A stretch of DNA of 51,275 nt from a virus (Duplodnaviria; Heunggongvirae; Uroviricota; Caudoviricetes): positions 64,001-115,275 of IMG/VR virus record IMGVR_UViG_3300035670_000056; one strand, 5' to 3'. Both the position numbers and the translations under genes were made by a program. Positions 17,040 to 24,227 of this stretch are shown here, piece after piece. Each line of letters starts with the position of its first letter. Within the stretch, counting starts at the first letter, position 1. The notes under the pieces were generated by a model that saw only the letters and a list, made by a program, of their open reading frames with translations, did not search any database and was not told the DNA's origin.

Positions 17040-17067
17040 ATCTTATCACACATTGATGTTTTGTCAA
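17040..17067 (-). promoter_or_regulatory. Sigma70-type promoter
   Basis: TTGACA-16 nt-(TGA)TAAGAT. Confidence 0.75.
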
Positions 17068-17164
17068 CATCTAAAATCGTCGCCGGTCTTTTAATTGGCG
17101 CTTTAATCCTCTGGTGGGGAACCAACTCAAGTGTCCTATTAATCGGGTATTCTCCGGGCGTAAA

Positions 17165-17236
17165 TGGTTGGAACGGTGGGTGCTGCCCCCACTTAAACTG
17201 GCTTATGAAACCTGTTTCTTTGCTGAAAGCGCTCCA
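17165..17236 (-). tRNA. Atypical tRNA(CAU)
   Basis: TGGAGCG/CGTTCCA acceptor, TTCATAA loop, T-loop GGCAGCA, D-loop without GG, CCA. Confidence 0.65.
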
Positions 17237-17243
17237 ATTAAAA

Positions 17244-17321
17244 TGGTTGCTGAAGCGTAGGAATCGCACCTACTTAATGAGTGGTTATGAGCCACCCCCA
17301 GATCTAACCTGCCGCCAGCTA
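17244..17321 (-). tRNA. Atypical tRNA(CAU)
   Basis: GGTGG-CTCATAA-CCACT arm, T-loop TGCGATT, bulged acceptor stem, CCA. Confidence 0.65.
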
Positions 17322-17326
17322 TTAAA

Positions 17327-17660
17327 TTGTGTTGGTTTCGATAATACACGGAGGTTTATTTCAACGAACTAGCGTTTTTTATTGACTCACAATTATCATT
17401 TTTTTCTCAGGTTTGTACGCTTTTCAGCGTTCCATCAATCTGATACTCTATTTTCCACCAACTAAAATTATCAAAAGAACAAATTAAAAATTGTGTTGGG
17501 TGTGTTTATTGAATACTCTATCCACCCAACAAACAGAGTATACCATACGCTAACCCCGCAACCAAGAAGTTTTTTAAGAGATCTTCCATACTCTAGGGGT
17601 GTTATGGTTTAACGCCCTCCACCAATCAGTTTTATCTTCTGGATAACTGATCAACCAGTA
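17327..17660 (-). ncRNA. Tandem of three related unassigned structured RNA elements
   Basis: Shared TTGG(G)TGGA and TAGAGTAT motifs; two end in CCAACACAATTT; several hairpins; no coding frame. Confidence 0.45.
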
Positions 17661-17661
17661 A

Positions 17662-17736
17662 TGGTAGAGCCACAGAGAATCGAACTCTGATTACTGCCTT
17701 GAAAGGGCGGTGTCCTGGCCGTTAGACGATGACTCC
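17662..17736 (-). tRNA. tRNA-Glu(UUC)
   Basis: Canonical cloverleaf, CTTTCAA loop, CCA. Confidence 0.93.
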
Positions 17737-17743
17737 GTTAAAT

Positions 17744-17819
17744 TGGTGGGACCGGACGGACTTGAACCGTCAACCAATTCGTTAAAAGCGAACTGCTCTG
17801 CCAATTGAGCTACGATCCC
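17744..17819 (-). tRNA. tRNA-Lys(UUU)
   Basis: Canonical cloverleaf, CTTTTAA loop, CCA. Confidence 0.95.
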
Positions 17820-17827
17820 ATTAAAAT

Positions 17828-17840
17828 TTGTTAAAGAACT
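17828..17840 (-). promoter_or_regulatory. boxA antitermination site
   Basis: AGTTCTTTAACAA between the promoter at 17853-17880 and tRNA-Lys. Confidence 0.7.
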
Positions 17841-17852
17841 TATTACAAAATC

Positions 17853-17880
17853 ATCTTACCACACATTCTTAACTTGTCAA
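17853..17880 (-). promoter_or_regulatory. Sigma70-type promoter
   Basis: TTGACA-16 nt-(TGG)TAAGAT. Confidence 0.75.
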
Positions 17881-17884
17881 GTAT

Positions 17885-17992
17885 TTCTTTGTTCTTTGTT
17901 GGTGACCCCCTTCGGTTAAAGGCCGAGGCAGTTCCGCCATACGTAGATGTTCTAGAGGAGTGCTTCTCCCACCGTGCTTAAAGAACAAAGAA
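17885..17992 (-). ncRNA. ~108-nt multi-branched structured RNA closed by a perfect 13-bp stem
   Basis: TTCTTTGTTCTTT/AAAGAACAAAGAA; internal GGTG/CACC, GGAG/CTCC, GGC/GCC and TCGG/CCGA stems. Confidence 0.55.
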
Positions 17993-18013
17993 TCGTTTAC
18001 TTACTACTTCTTT

Positions 18014-18041
18014 ATCTTAACATTCAATTTTCAAAGATCAA
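18014..18041 (-). promoter_or_regulatory. Sigma70-type promoter
   Basis: TTGATC-16 nt-TAAGAT. Confidence 0.55.
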
Positions 18042-18109
18042 GAACTTTCTTTCAAAAGTTTTGAGGTAAAATATAAATATAATCAAATATTAGTAAATTA
18101 CCGAAAAAG

Positions 18110-18185
18110 TGGTGTCCCCGCCAGGAATTGAACCTGGACCAGAGAGGTAGAAGCTCTCTGCTCTATCCATTTAAGCTACGAGGAC
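18110..18185 (-). tRNA. tRNA-Arg(UCU)
   Basis: GAGAG-CTTCTAC-CTCTC arm, canonical T-arm, CCA. Confidence 0.93.
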
Positions 18186-18192
18186 ACTGAGA

Positions 18193-18525
18193 TTACTTAC
18201 CGTTATCAAGTTCTTTACGAAGAGCTTTACCAAGTTCAGTTAGCTGAAACAGTGGTTCGCCGTCTTCGTTATGACCGGATACATATAATAGACCATCTTC
18301 TACCATTTTGTCAACTGTTTCTTTAACTTCTGACAACACAAGTTCGTTATAGATTACTTCTGCTTCAAACTCATTGCATTCAAGTTCTTTCATAATTACT
18401 TGAATACAAGCTTCTTTTTCCTCGACTTTGACTTGTTCTTCAACTTTATCAACGTCTAAGTTGGAACAATGACTGAGCAGATCATCGATTGATCCGGTAA
18501 AGTTGTCTGTGATATATTTATCCAT
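18193..18525 (-). CDS. Hypothetical acidic protein with a winged-helix-like C-terminus
   Basis: VDKMVEDGLLYVSG...FQLTELGK. Confidence 0.45.
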   Translation of the reverse strand: MDKYITDNFTGSIDDLLSHCSNLDVDKVEEQVKVEEKEACIQVIMKELECNEFEAEVIYNELVLSEVKETVDKMVEDGLLYVSGHNEDGEPLFQLTELGKALRKELDNGK

Positions 18526-18539
18526 TGTATGGTCTTTTA

Positions 18540-18830
18540 TTAGGCTACCCAGGCGAATTCTACGTTCTTGTAATAACGAACGGATCGCTTTGCGATGCTG
18601 TCAAGTGACTTACTGACATTGTGGGGAACACGAACATTCTTACCCCAACCATTTTCAGCTCGGCCTAGAGCAATAGCAAATCCCTTGCGTTTATCAAAAC
18701 GATCACCAGCCTTTGTATTGGTATAACTCCAACCAACACGAACTGAGTCATTAATAACTGTGGCTACCACATAACCACGGGGTTGACCATTGCGGTCACG
18801 TACCAACTGCTTGAGTGTAGTGTCTTTCAT
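18540..18830 (-). CDS. Hypothetical phage protein
   Basis: Likely start MKDTTLKQ at 18830; VGWS...GDRFDKRKGFAIALGRA. Confidence 0.55.
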   Translation of the reverse strand: MKDTTLKQLVRDRNGQPRGYVVATVINDSVRVGWSYTNTKAGDRFDKRKGFAIALGRAENGWGKNVRVPHNVSKSLDSIAKRSVRYYKNVEFAWVA

Positions 18831-18855
18831 ATAACTTGTTTTTAAATGTTTTGGT

Positions 18856-19038
18856 TTACTTTCCTTCGACGTATCGGAGTAGATCACGATTTGGTTCGAC
18901 CCCAATCTTTTCGTCTACAGTCTGCTTGATAGCAGCTTTGTAATAATACTGTGCGTATAGATCTGTTAGTTGTAGTTTGCGTTCAGCAATTTTTTCTTTG
19001 AGGTTATTAATAACTGTTTGAGTTGTCTTCGTCTTCAT
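18856..19038 (-). CDS. Hypothetical protein
   Basis: 60-aa ORF in a co-oriented run. Confidence 0.45.
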   Translation of the reverse strand: MKTKTTQTVINNLKEKIAERKLQLTDLYAQYYYKAAIKQTVDEKIGVEPNRDLLRYVEGK

Positions 19039-19162
19039 ACTTTGAATTGTAACGTGATGGCTTTACTTCAGTATTTTGCCATTTCTTGTTAGTCTTTTTA
19101 TTTGCTTTGTTGCGCCAATTTCCTTCGTTGCGTGAACGACGATCTTTGAATGACTTTCCCAT
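19007..19162 (-). CDS. 51-aa basic/acidic mini-protein (not in ORF track)
   Basis: MGKSFKDRRSRNEGNWRNK...YEDEDNSNSY*. Confidence 0.55.
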   Translation of the reverse strand: MGKSFKDRRSRNEGNWRNKANKKTNKKWQNTEVKPSRYNSKYEDEDNSNSY

Positions 19163-19191
19163 ATACTACTTTTAAAAATAAATAGTGTTAG

Positions 19192-19224
19192 AAAAAGGGA
19201 TTAATAAGTTTTTTTATTAACCCC
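19192..19224 (-). terminator. Intrinsic terminator
   Basis: GGGGTTAATAA/TTATTAATCCC stem followed by a U-run. Confidence 0.65.
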
Positions 19225-19240
19225 TCAATCTTTGAACTGT

Positions 19241-19519
19241 TTAATTTGCAGAAGTCTGAGACGATTCAGCAGTAGTAGTTGTTGACTCAACAGCAGGAGT
19301 TGCGTCGTAGGTATACACGATACTTGGCTTACCACGCTTACCGGTCTTCTGTGATCCACTAATCTTGTATCGACCAGCGGTTACATTACGCTTAACGTGC
19401 ATCCGAATTGTCGGAGCCTTAACGTTGGCGTTGATGTTAATCAGATCAACAATAGTGAAATTGCGATCAGTGATTTCGTTTACTGCGGTTGCCTTACGGC
19501 CTGTCTTGTTCTTGTTCAT
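19241..19519 (-). CDS. Small basic winged-HTH-like DNA-binding protein
   Basis: APTIRMHVKRNV...KTGKRGKPSIVYTY; own promoter at 19559-19587. Confidence 0.5.
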   Translation of the reverse strand: MNKNKTGRKATAVNEITDRNFTIVDLININANVKAPTIRMHVKRNVTAGRYKISGSQKTGKRGKPSIVYTYDATPAVESTTTTAESSQTSAN

Positions 19520-19558
19520 ATTTTTTATTTTTTGTTAATGTTAACCGACTACAAATTC

Positions 19559-19587
19559 ATCTTACCACATACTTTAAACAATGTCAA
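19559..19587 (-). promoter_or_regulatory. Sigma70-type promoter
   Basis: TTGACA-17 nt-(TGG)TAAGAT; no boxA downstream. Confidence 0.75.
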
Positions 19588-19597
19588 CGTTCTTTTT

Positions 19598-19807
19598 TTA
19601 AATCTTTCGAGCTGATTCAAAAACCAGAGCATTGGTGAGATCACCAAAGCCATAACGCTTGCCATTTCGATCAAACGTAGTGTCGCTGCTCTTGCTGTAA
19701 TAACCAACGTTCTCACCATTAGGACCGTGAGCGTAAATTACGTTGCCACTGTCCTTTACATATCCAATTCGGACGTTCTTACCATCCATAATATATTTTG
19801 TACTCAT
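19598..19807 (-). CDS. Hypothetical beta-hairpin repeat protein
   Basis: 69-aa ORF with G..VGY-type repeats. Confidence 0.5.
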   Translation of the reverse strand: MSTKYIMDGKNVRIGYVKDSGNVIYAHGPNGENVGYYSKSSDTTFDRNGKRYGFGDLTNALVFESARKI

Positions 19808-19816
19808 ATTTTGTTT

Positions 19817-20359
19817 TTAGTTGTTATCAATAAAGTTACGATAAAATCCCATCACAATTCCACTGGTAGTACCCACATTAAGTGAACGTACACTACCATA
19901 CGCAGGAATGGTTACAATATAATCAGCATTGTCAAGAATATAATCACTCAACCCACTCTTTTCTTCACCAAAGACAAACATTGGCTTATCTACACCAGTA
20001 AATACCCAGTGGTTAAAAATAGATACAGTCTTGTCACTATACTTGGGAATGTTGTTTTCTACTGCAATTAGTGTATAACCATTGTCATTCACATACGCAA
20101 CAAAGTCTTGTTCTGTCTTGATGTGACTAAGATCGGTGTAATGATGAGTGCCAACAGTACCACGGCGATCCCACTGCTTACTACCACCAACATACATTGC
20201 TTCCTTGAAGCCAAAGAAGTTGGCGTTGCGTACTAGAGTGGATAGATTAAAGTCACCGTTAACGTGCATCATAGCAACACCAGCGTCAATACAGGTGTCC
20301 TTACAATACGACTTGATATCGTCCACACTCTTGTTCTTCAGATGATCCAAAACATTCAT
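19817..20359 (-). CDS. SPOUT-family (TrmH/TrmL-like) RNA 2'-O-methyltransferase
   Basis: NLSTLVRNANFFG, VFGEEKSGLS and IPAYGSVRSLNV SPOUT motifs. Confidence 0.88.
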   Translation of the reverse strand: MNVLDHLKNKSVDDIKSYCKDTCIDAGVAMMHVNGDFNLSTLVRNANFFGFKEAMYVGGSKQWDRRGTVGTHHYTDLSHIKTEQDFVAYVNDNGYTLIAVENNIPKYSDKTVSIFNHWVFTGVDKPMFVFGEEKSGLSDYILDNADYIVTIPAYGSVRSLNVGTTSGIVMGFYRNFIDNN

Positions 20360-20368
20360 AGTAAAATT

Positions 20369-20397
20369 ACTTTACCACGAAGTTTATAATAAGTCAA
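20369..20397 (-). promoter_or_regulatory. Sigma70-type promoter
   Basis: TTGACT-17 nt-(TGG)TAAAGT. Confidence 0.6.
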
Positions 20398-20645
20398 TTC
20401 TTTTTCTTAATTGTCTTTTTGGACTTATTCTCTGATTCTTTTGCATATTCCACAGGAGAGTTTGCAACTGTAGATTTGCTGTTAGCATATTCCTTTTCAG
20501 CTTCTTCAATTACAGCTTTAACAAAATCTGTAAGTAGACCGCTCCAATTATTTCGTTCACTATCTTCTACGATTGCCAGTTTTTTCCATCGTGGCAATTC
20601 GTTGAATTTGCGTTGATATACTGTTTTATAGAATGATGCAGTCAT
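20394..20645 (-). CDS. Hypothetical protein
   Basis: Preceded by TATTTATA (20650-20657). Confidence 0.55.
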   Translation of the reverse strand: MTASFYKTVYQRKFNELPRWKKLAIVEDSERNNWSGLLTDFVKAVIEEAEKEYANSKSTVANSPVEYAKESENKSKKTIKKKN

Positions 20646-20657
20646 ATAGTATAAATA

Positions 20658-20909
20658 TTAAAATGAAGTACTCAAACGACTAGCATATGCCATATTGCTA
20701 GCTTTTCCTTTGCGGTATGACACTTTGGAATAGTTGTCAAATGCTTTCTTTGAAGTGATTACAATACTACCCGCAGTTTTGTGTCCAAAATGCAAATAAC
20801 CATACTTTTGGGTACGTTTAGCGACTGATTCGCCACACGGCAAACAAATCTTGTAACCAAGTTCATAACGTTCAGGATGAATTTCATTTCCACAACCACA
20901 TTTGATCAT
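20658..20909 (-). CDS. DksA/TraR-like C4 zinc-finger protein
   Basis: CGCGNEIHPERYELGYKICLPC; promoter TTGACC-17-TACACT at 20918-20946. Confidence 0.6.
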   Translation of the reverse strand: MIKCGCGNEIHPERYELGYKICLPCGESVAKRTQKYGYLHFGHKTAGSIVITSKKAFDNYSKVSYRKGKASNMAYASRLSTSF

Positions 20910-20947
20910 ATATAAAAAGTGTACATCAAGCTGTGGTTGCGGTCAAT

Positions 20948-20974
20948 AAAAAAAGCGTACCGAGTGGTACGCTT
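20948..20974 (-). terminator. Intrinsic terminator
   Basis: AAGCGTACC/GGTACGCTT stem followed by a U-run. Confidence 0.8.
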
Positions 20975-20981
20975 GTTGTTT

Positions 20982-21491
20982 TTAATTGGTAGGTTCGTGG
21001 TGATAATCAGATCGAAGGTGAACTAGTTCAGCGTGTAGCTTGTTGAGTTCAGATTCGTAAATATCCAATTTACGTTCAATGTCACTGATTTTTTGTAGTC
21101 TTGCGTCGAGAATATAATCTGGATCTGAATGTTCTCTGTTCTTAATATCTTCTTCTAGAGCACAACCGATGTGATTTGTGCCAAAAAGATACTCAACGTC
21201 ATCATTATAAGTATTTTTACCGCAGTAACTGCAAGTCCACTTTTCTTTTCGTTCATCTACAATAATTTTATCTAACCTAGTTAGTGTTTCTACAACTTCG
21301 GTATTAGATTCAGCGTTAAGAATATCATATGCCCAATTTAAAGCATTGTCTTCACGGTCTTCTAATTCTGGGTAAAGTTTGATTAGTTCTTTCTCAATTA
21401 GATTGATGTATGGATCAATTTGTTCTTTTTGAATTGTACGCAATGCTTTTGCGTATGTTAGTATGATGTTTTTGCTTATTGTGTTATTCAT
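20982..21491 (-). CDS. Hypothetical protein with a Zn-ribbon and a coiled coil
   Basis: WTCSYCG...HIGC. Confidence 0.5.
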   Translation of the reverse strand: MNNTISKNIILTYAKALRTIQKEQIDPYINLIEKELIKLYPELEDREDNALNWAYDILNAESNTEVVETLTRLDKIIVDERKEKWTCSYCGKNTYNDDVEYLFGTNHIGCALEEDIKNREHSDPDYILDARLQKISDIERKLDIYESELNKLHAELVHLRSDYHHEPTN

Positions 21492-21492
21492 A

Positions 21493-21648
21493 TTAGTTTT
21501 TGATTAAAGCTCTTAATACTTCTTTAACTGTGAAGTAGAATATAAACGGAATTAGTACCGCAAAGAAAATTGCTAATACTAATATTAGTCCTAATGCAAA
21601 TATAGTACCAAAGATCAATCCAAGAATCAAGTTTATAATTTTACTCAT
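21493..21648 (-). CDS. 51-aa membrane protein (not in ORF track)
   Basis: MSKIINLILGLIFGTIFALGLILVLAIFFAVLIPFIFYF...; ATGA overlap with the upstream gene. Confidence 0.65.
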   Translation of the reverse strand: MSKIINLILGLIFGTIFALGLILVLAIFFAVLIPFIFYFTVKEVLRALIKN

Positions 21649-21911
21649 TTTTTTAAAAATCTATTGTATATTAGTTTGCCAAGATTTGCTGCAAATTTAC
21701 GTGCTTTCTTTTCTGGCAAATCAAAGAAATGTGCGTGAAATACTTCTTCTATCAAGACGTTTAGTTGTCTACGTGATTTTAAATTGGGGTCTACAATTAT
21801 TGAAGGATGTTTACTATTGGGATTGTAACATAGTCCAGATGCTTTATATTTACCTAATGGTTTATTATAATTTACATTGTATTCTACCCCTTCAAAATTC
21901 TTAAATTTCAT
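21645..21911 (-). CDS. Metallopeptidase-like small protein with a degenerate HExxH
   Basis: LNVLIEEVFHAHF. Confidence 0.4.
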   Translation of the reverse strand: MKFKNFEGVEYNVNYNKPLGKYKASGLCYNPNSKHPSIIVDPNLKSRRQLNVLIEEVFHAHFFDLPEKKARKFAANLGKLIYNRFLKK

Positions 21912-22096
21912 TATTCACCTTTCACAAAACTCTTCTTTGTTTCTTTAAGAAGAATACTAATATCATCAAGACTACGTATTCTATCACGATATAAAATTTC
22001 TGTTTTCACTCGCTCTTCATCAATAAGTTTAATTAACTCATTGAGTTTTTGCATAGTAACTACTGGTTTCGTTCGTTCAAATTCATTTACATTCAT
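21911..22096 (-). CDS. Hypothetical coiled-coil protein
   Basis: ORF in a tightly packed run. Confidence 0.45.
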   Translation of the reverse strand: MNVNEFERTKPVVTMQKLNELIKLIDEERVKTEILYRDRIRSLDDISILLKETKKSFVKGE

Positions 22097-22337
22097 TTAG
22101 AAACTCCTTTAATTGTTTTTGGTTTTCTGTATTTAAAATAACGAAATCAGACCATGGTTTACCATATCTAAGTATTTGCCAGCACCATCTTAGTCTTTCT
22201 GTCCAACATAATGTTCTACCTTTAAGTCCTCTTTCAAACAAACTCAAAGACACTTCATTTTCATCTTTAAATTTTTCTACAAGAAGACCGTGTTCATAAC
22301 AGTCACAAATCAAAAAAATTGAATCTTGATCTTTCAT
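22083..22337 (-). CDS. Hypothetical protein
   Basis: ORF in a tightly packed run. Confidence 0.5.
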   Translation of the reverse strand: MKDQDSIFLICDCYEHGLLVEKFKDENEVSLSLFERGLKGRTLCWTERLRWCWQILRYGKPWSDFVILNTENQKQLKEFLNECK

Positions 22338-23323
22338 AATTGTGTTTTAATCCAGTTAAATGTTTTTTCAATACCAATTTTAAGAGGTTGTGATGGTTCC
22401 CAGTTCATCTTTTCTCTATATAAACTATTGTCTGATTTACGACCTCTTACACCAGTTGGACATTTAAAGCCATATTTTTGTTTAAAGTTCTCTCCATCAA
22501 TGTTTTTGACTTTGATGTTTTTATTTGTCAAGTCAATTGCCATTTGAGCCAATTCATTGATTGATACCATTTCTTCGGAACCAATGTTCACTGGTCCTAA
22601 AAATTCATCTTGTTTCATAAACCTCATTACAGCTTCTACGCATTCATCTATGTACAAAAACGATCTGGTCTGTAGACCGTCACCCCACACTTCCAATTCT
22701 GCACCGTCTGAAGTTTCCAATGCTTTTCTACACATTGCAGCAGGCGCTTTTTCTTTTCCACCTTTATATGTGCCACAGGGACCAAAGATGTTATGAAATC
22801 TAGCAATTCTCACATCTAGTTTATGATTTCTATTATATGCTAAATATAATCTTTCACTAAACAACTTTTCCCAACCATATTCACTATCTGGTTCAGCTGG
22901 ATATGCATCTTTTTCAGCACATTTGGGGTTGTTTGGATCCATTTGATTATATTCTGGATATGCGCATGCGCTTGAAGAATAAAACACTTTTTTTACTTTC
23001 TTTTTAACACATTCGTGTACCACATTTAAATTGATCAAAGCAGAATTATGCATTACATTTGCATCGTTTTGACCAGTAAAAATATACAATGCACCACCCA
23101 TATCTGCGGCCAATTGATACACTTCATCTGCATTTTCAGTAATTACTGATTTTACTACGTTTACATCAGTAAGATCGCCAATTACAAATTCATCTGCATA
23201 ATTATGATATTCATTATTTTTAATATCAACGCCGCGAACCCAGTAACCTTCTTCTTTTAGACGTTTTATTAAATGTCCACCTATAAATCCCCCTCCGCCT
23301 AAAACGATTGCTATTTTTTTCAT
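22334..23323 (-). CDS. GDP-mannose 3',5'-epimerase-like NAD-dependent epimerase
   Basis: GGGGFIG, QLAADMGG, SSACAYPE, YGWEK, GGKEKAPAAMCRK. Confidence 0.85.
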   Translation of the reverse strand: MKKIAIVLGGGGFIGGHLIKRLKEEGYWVRGVDIKNNEYHNYADEFVIGDLTDVNVVKSVITENADEVYQLAADMGGALYIFTGQNDANVMHNSALINLNVVHECVKKKVKKVFYSSSACAYPEYNQMDPNNPKCAEKDAYPAEPDSEYGWEKLFSERLYLAYNRNHKLDVRIARFHNIFGPCGTYKGGKEKAPAAMCRKALETSDGAELEVWGDGLQTRSFLYIDECVEAVMRFMKQDEFLGPVNIGSEEMVSINELAQMAIDLTNKNIKVKNIDGENFKQKYGFKCPTGVRGRKSDNSLYREKMNWEPSQPLKIGIEKTFNWIKTQL

Positions 23324-23326
23324 AAC

Positions 23327-23914
23327 TTACATTTTTAAAAATTTTTCCAGTTCCCAGATCTTATAAGATATCCAATATGACACTGTGTGAATTTTGTTAC
23401 AAACAATCTTTATTGCTTTGTTATAAGGTTTACCAAACAATATGTAAAATTTTGTTTTTTCAAAGTTTCGTCTCTTTGTCCAGTACTCAATATCCTTACG
23501 ATGTTGTTCTTTACGTTCACTATTATCAGTAGCGGTAAATTCTATCACTTTAGCTCCAGTAACTTTACCATCTACAAATATAACATCATATTCAATCCAA
23601 TAATCATATGTTTCATTAGTATCACTATCATACGCATACAGTCTGACTGTATCTGTTATAGGGAAAATTTGTTGCCACCAAGTTTTGATTTCTTTACGAG
23701 TTGGTAATTTTTCAATTAAACTTTTAGCATTTGGATTACCGTCTGTATATTCATACTCAGCACAATGTAACCAAAGAGTACCGTCTTCACGGATTTCATA
23801 TACGTCCATTGCATTATCAAAGTCTTTGGTTTGATACTTGTTGTTACAATAACCCTTCGGATCTTCTGGTAAAGGAAGTGGGTATTTACATACTACATCA
23901 TCAAACATTCCCAT
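23327..23914 (-). CDS. Hypothetical phage protein
   Basis: MGMFDDVVCKYPLP...YQTKDFD. Confidence 0.55.
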   Translation of the reverse strand: MGMFDDVVCKYPLPLPEDPKGYCNNKYQTKDFDNAMDVYEIREDGTLWLHCAEYEYTDGNPNAKSLIEKLPTRKEIKTWWQQIFPITDTVRLYAYDSDTNETYDYWIEYDVIFVDGKVTGAKVIEFTATDNSERKEQHRKDIEYWTKRRNFEKTKFYILFGKPYNKAIKIVCNKIHTVSYWISYKIWELEKFLKM

Positions 23915-23917
23915 AAA

Positions 23918-24151
23918 TTAATTTCCTCTATTTTTGTATTCTTCTATGTCGAGTAAGAAATTGCGAAATGCGGCGTGATCATCAAGGTCCGCTTGAGACA
24001 ACTTCGATAGATTATAATCAGCAATATACTCCAAAAGTACACCAACATAATAGCCTGGAATGGTAATATTCTTACCATCAAACTTTAGGTCATCGTGTTG
24101 AATAATGATCGGATTGTTCACTTTGTCTTTAATAGTTAGTTCTTTTTCCAT
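23918..24151 (-). CDS. Hypothetical protein
   Basis: Preceded by TTGACA-17-TAGGAT (24158-24186). Confidence 0.55.
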   Translation of the reverse strand: MEKELTIKDKVNNPIIIQHDDLKFDGKNITIPGYYVGVLLEYIADYNLSKLSQADLDDHAAFRNFLLDIEEYKNRGN

Positions 24152-24227
24152 ACTTGTATCCTAGTTTAACTATCAAACTGTGTCAATATAAAAAATTATT
24201 TCTGAATATAAAAAATACGTATATTTG

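Noticed and set aside
15992-17372. ORFs 15992-16183, 17027-17269 and 17061-17372
   Set aside because: They overlap tRNA or ncRNA genes and promoters and have no protein motifs.
11780-24186. Bacteroidota host suggested by the lack of Shine-Dalgarno sites
   Set aside because: Early promoters are TTGACA/TAnnnT type, not the Bacteroidota TTTG/TAnnTTTG type; host left unassigned.
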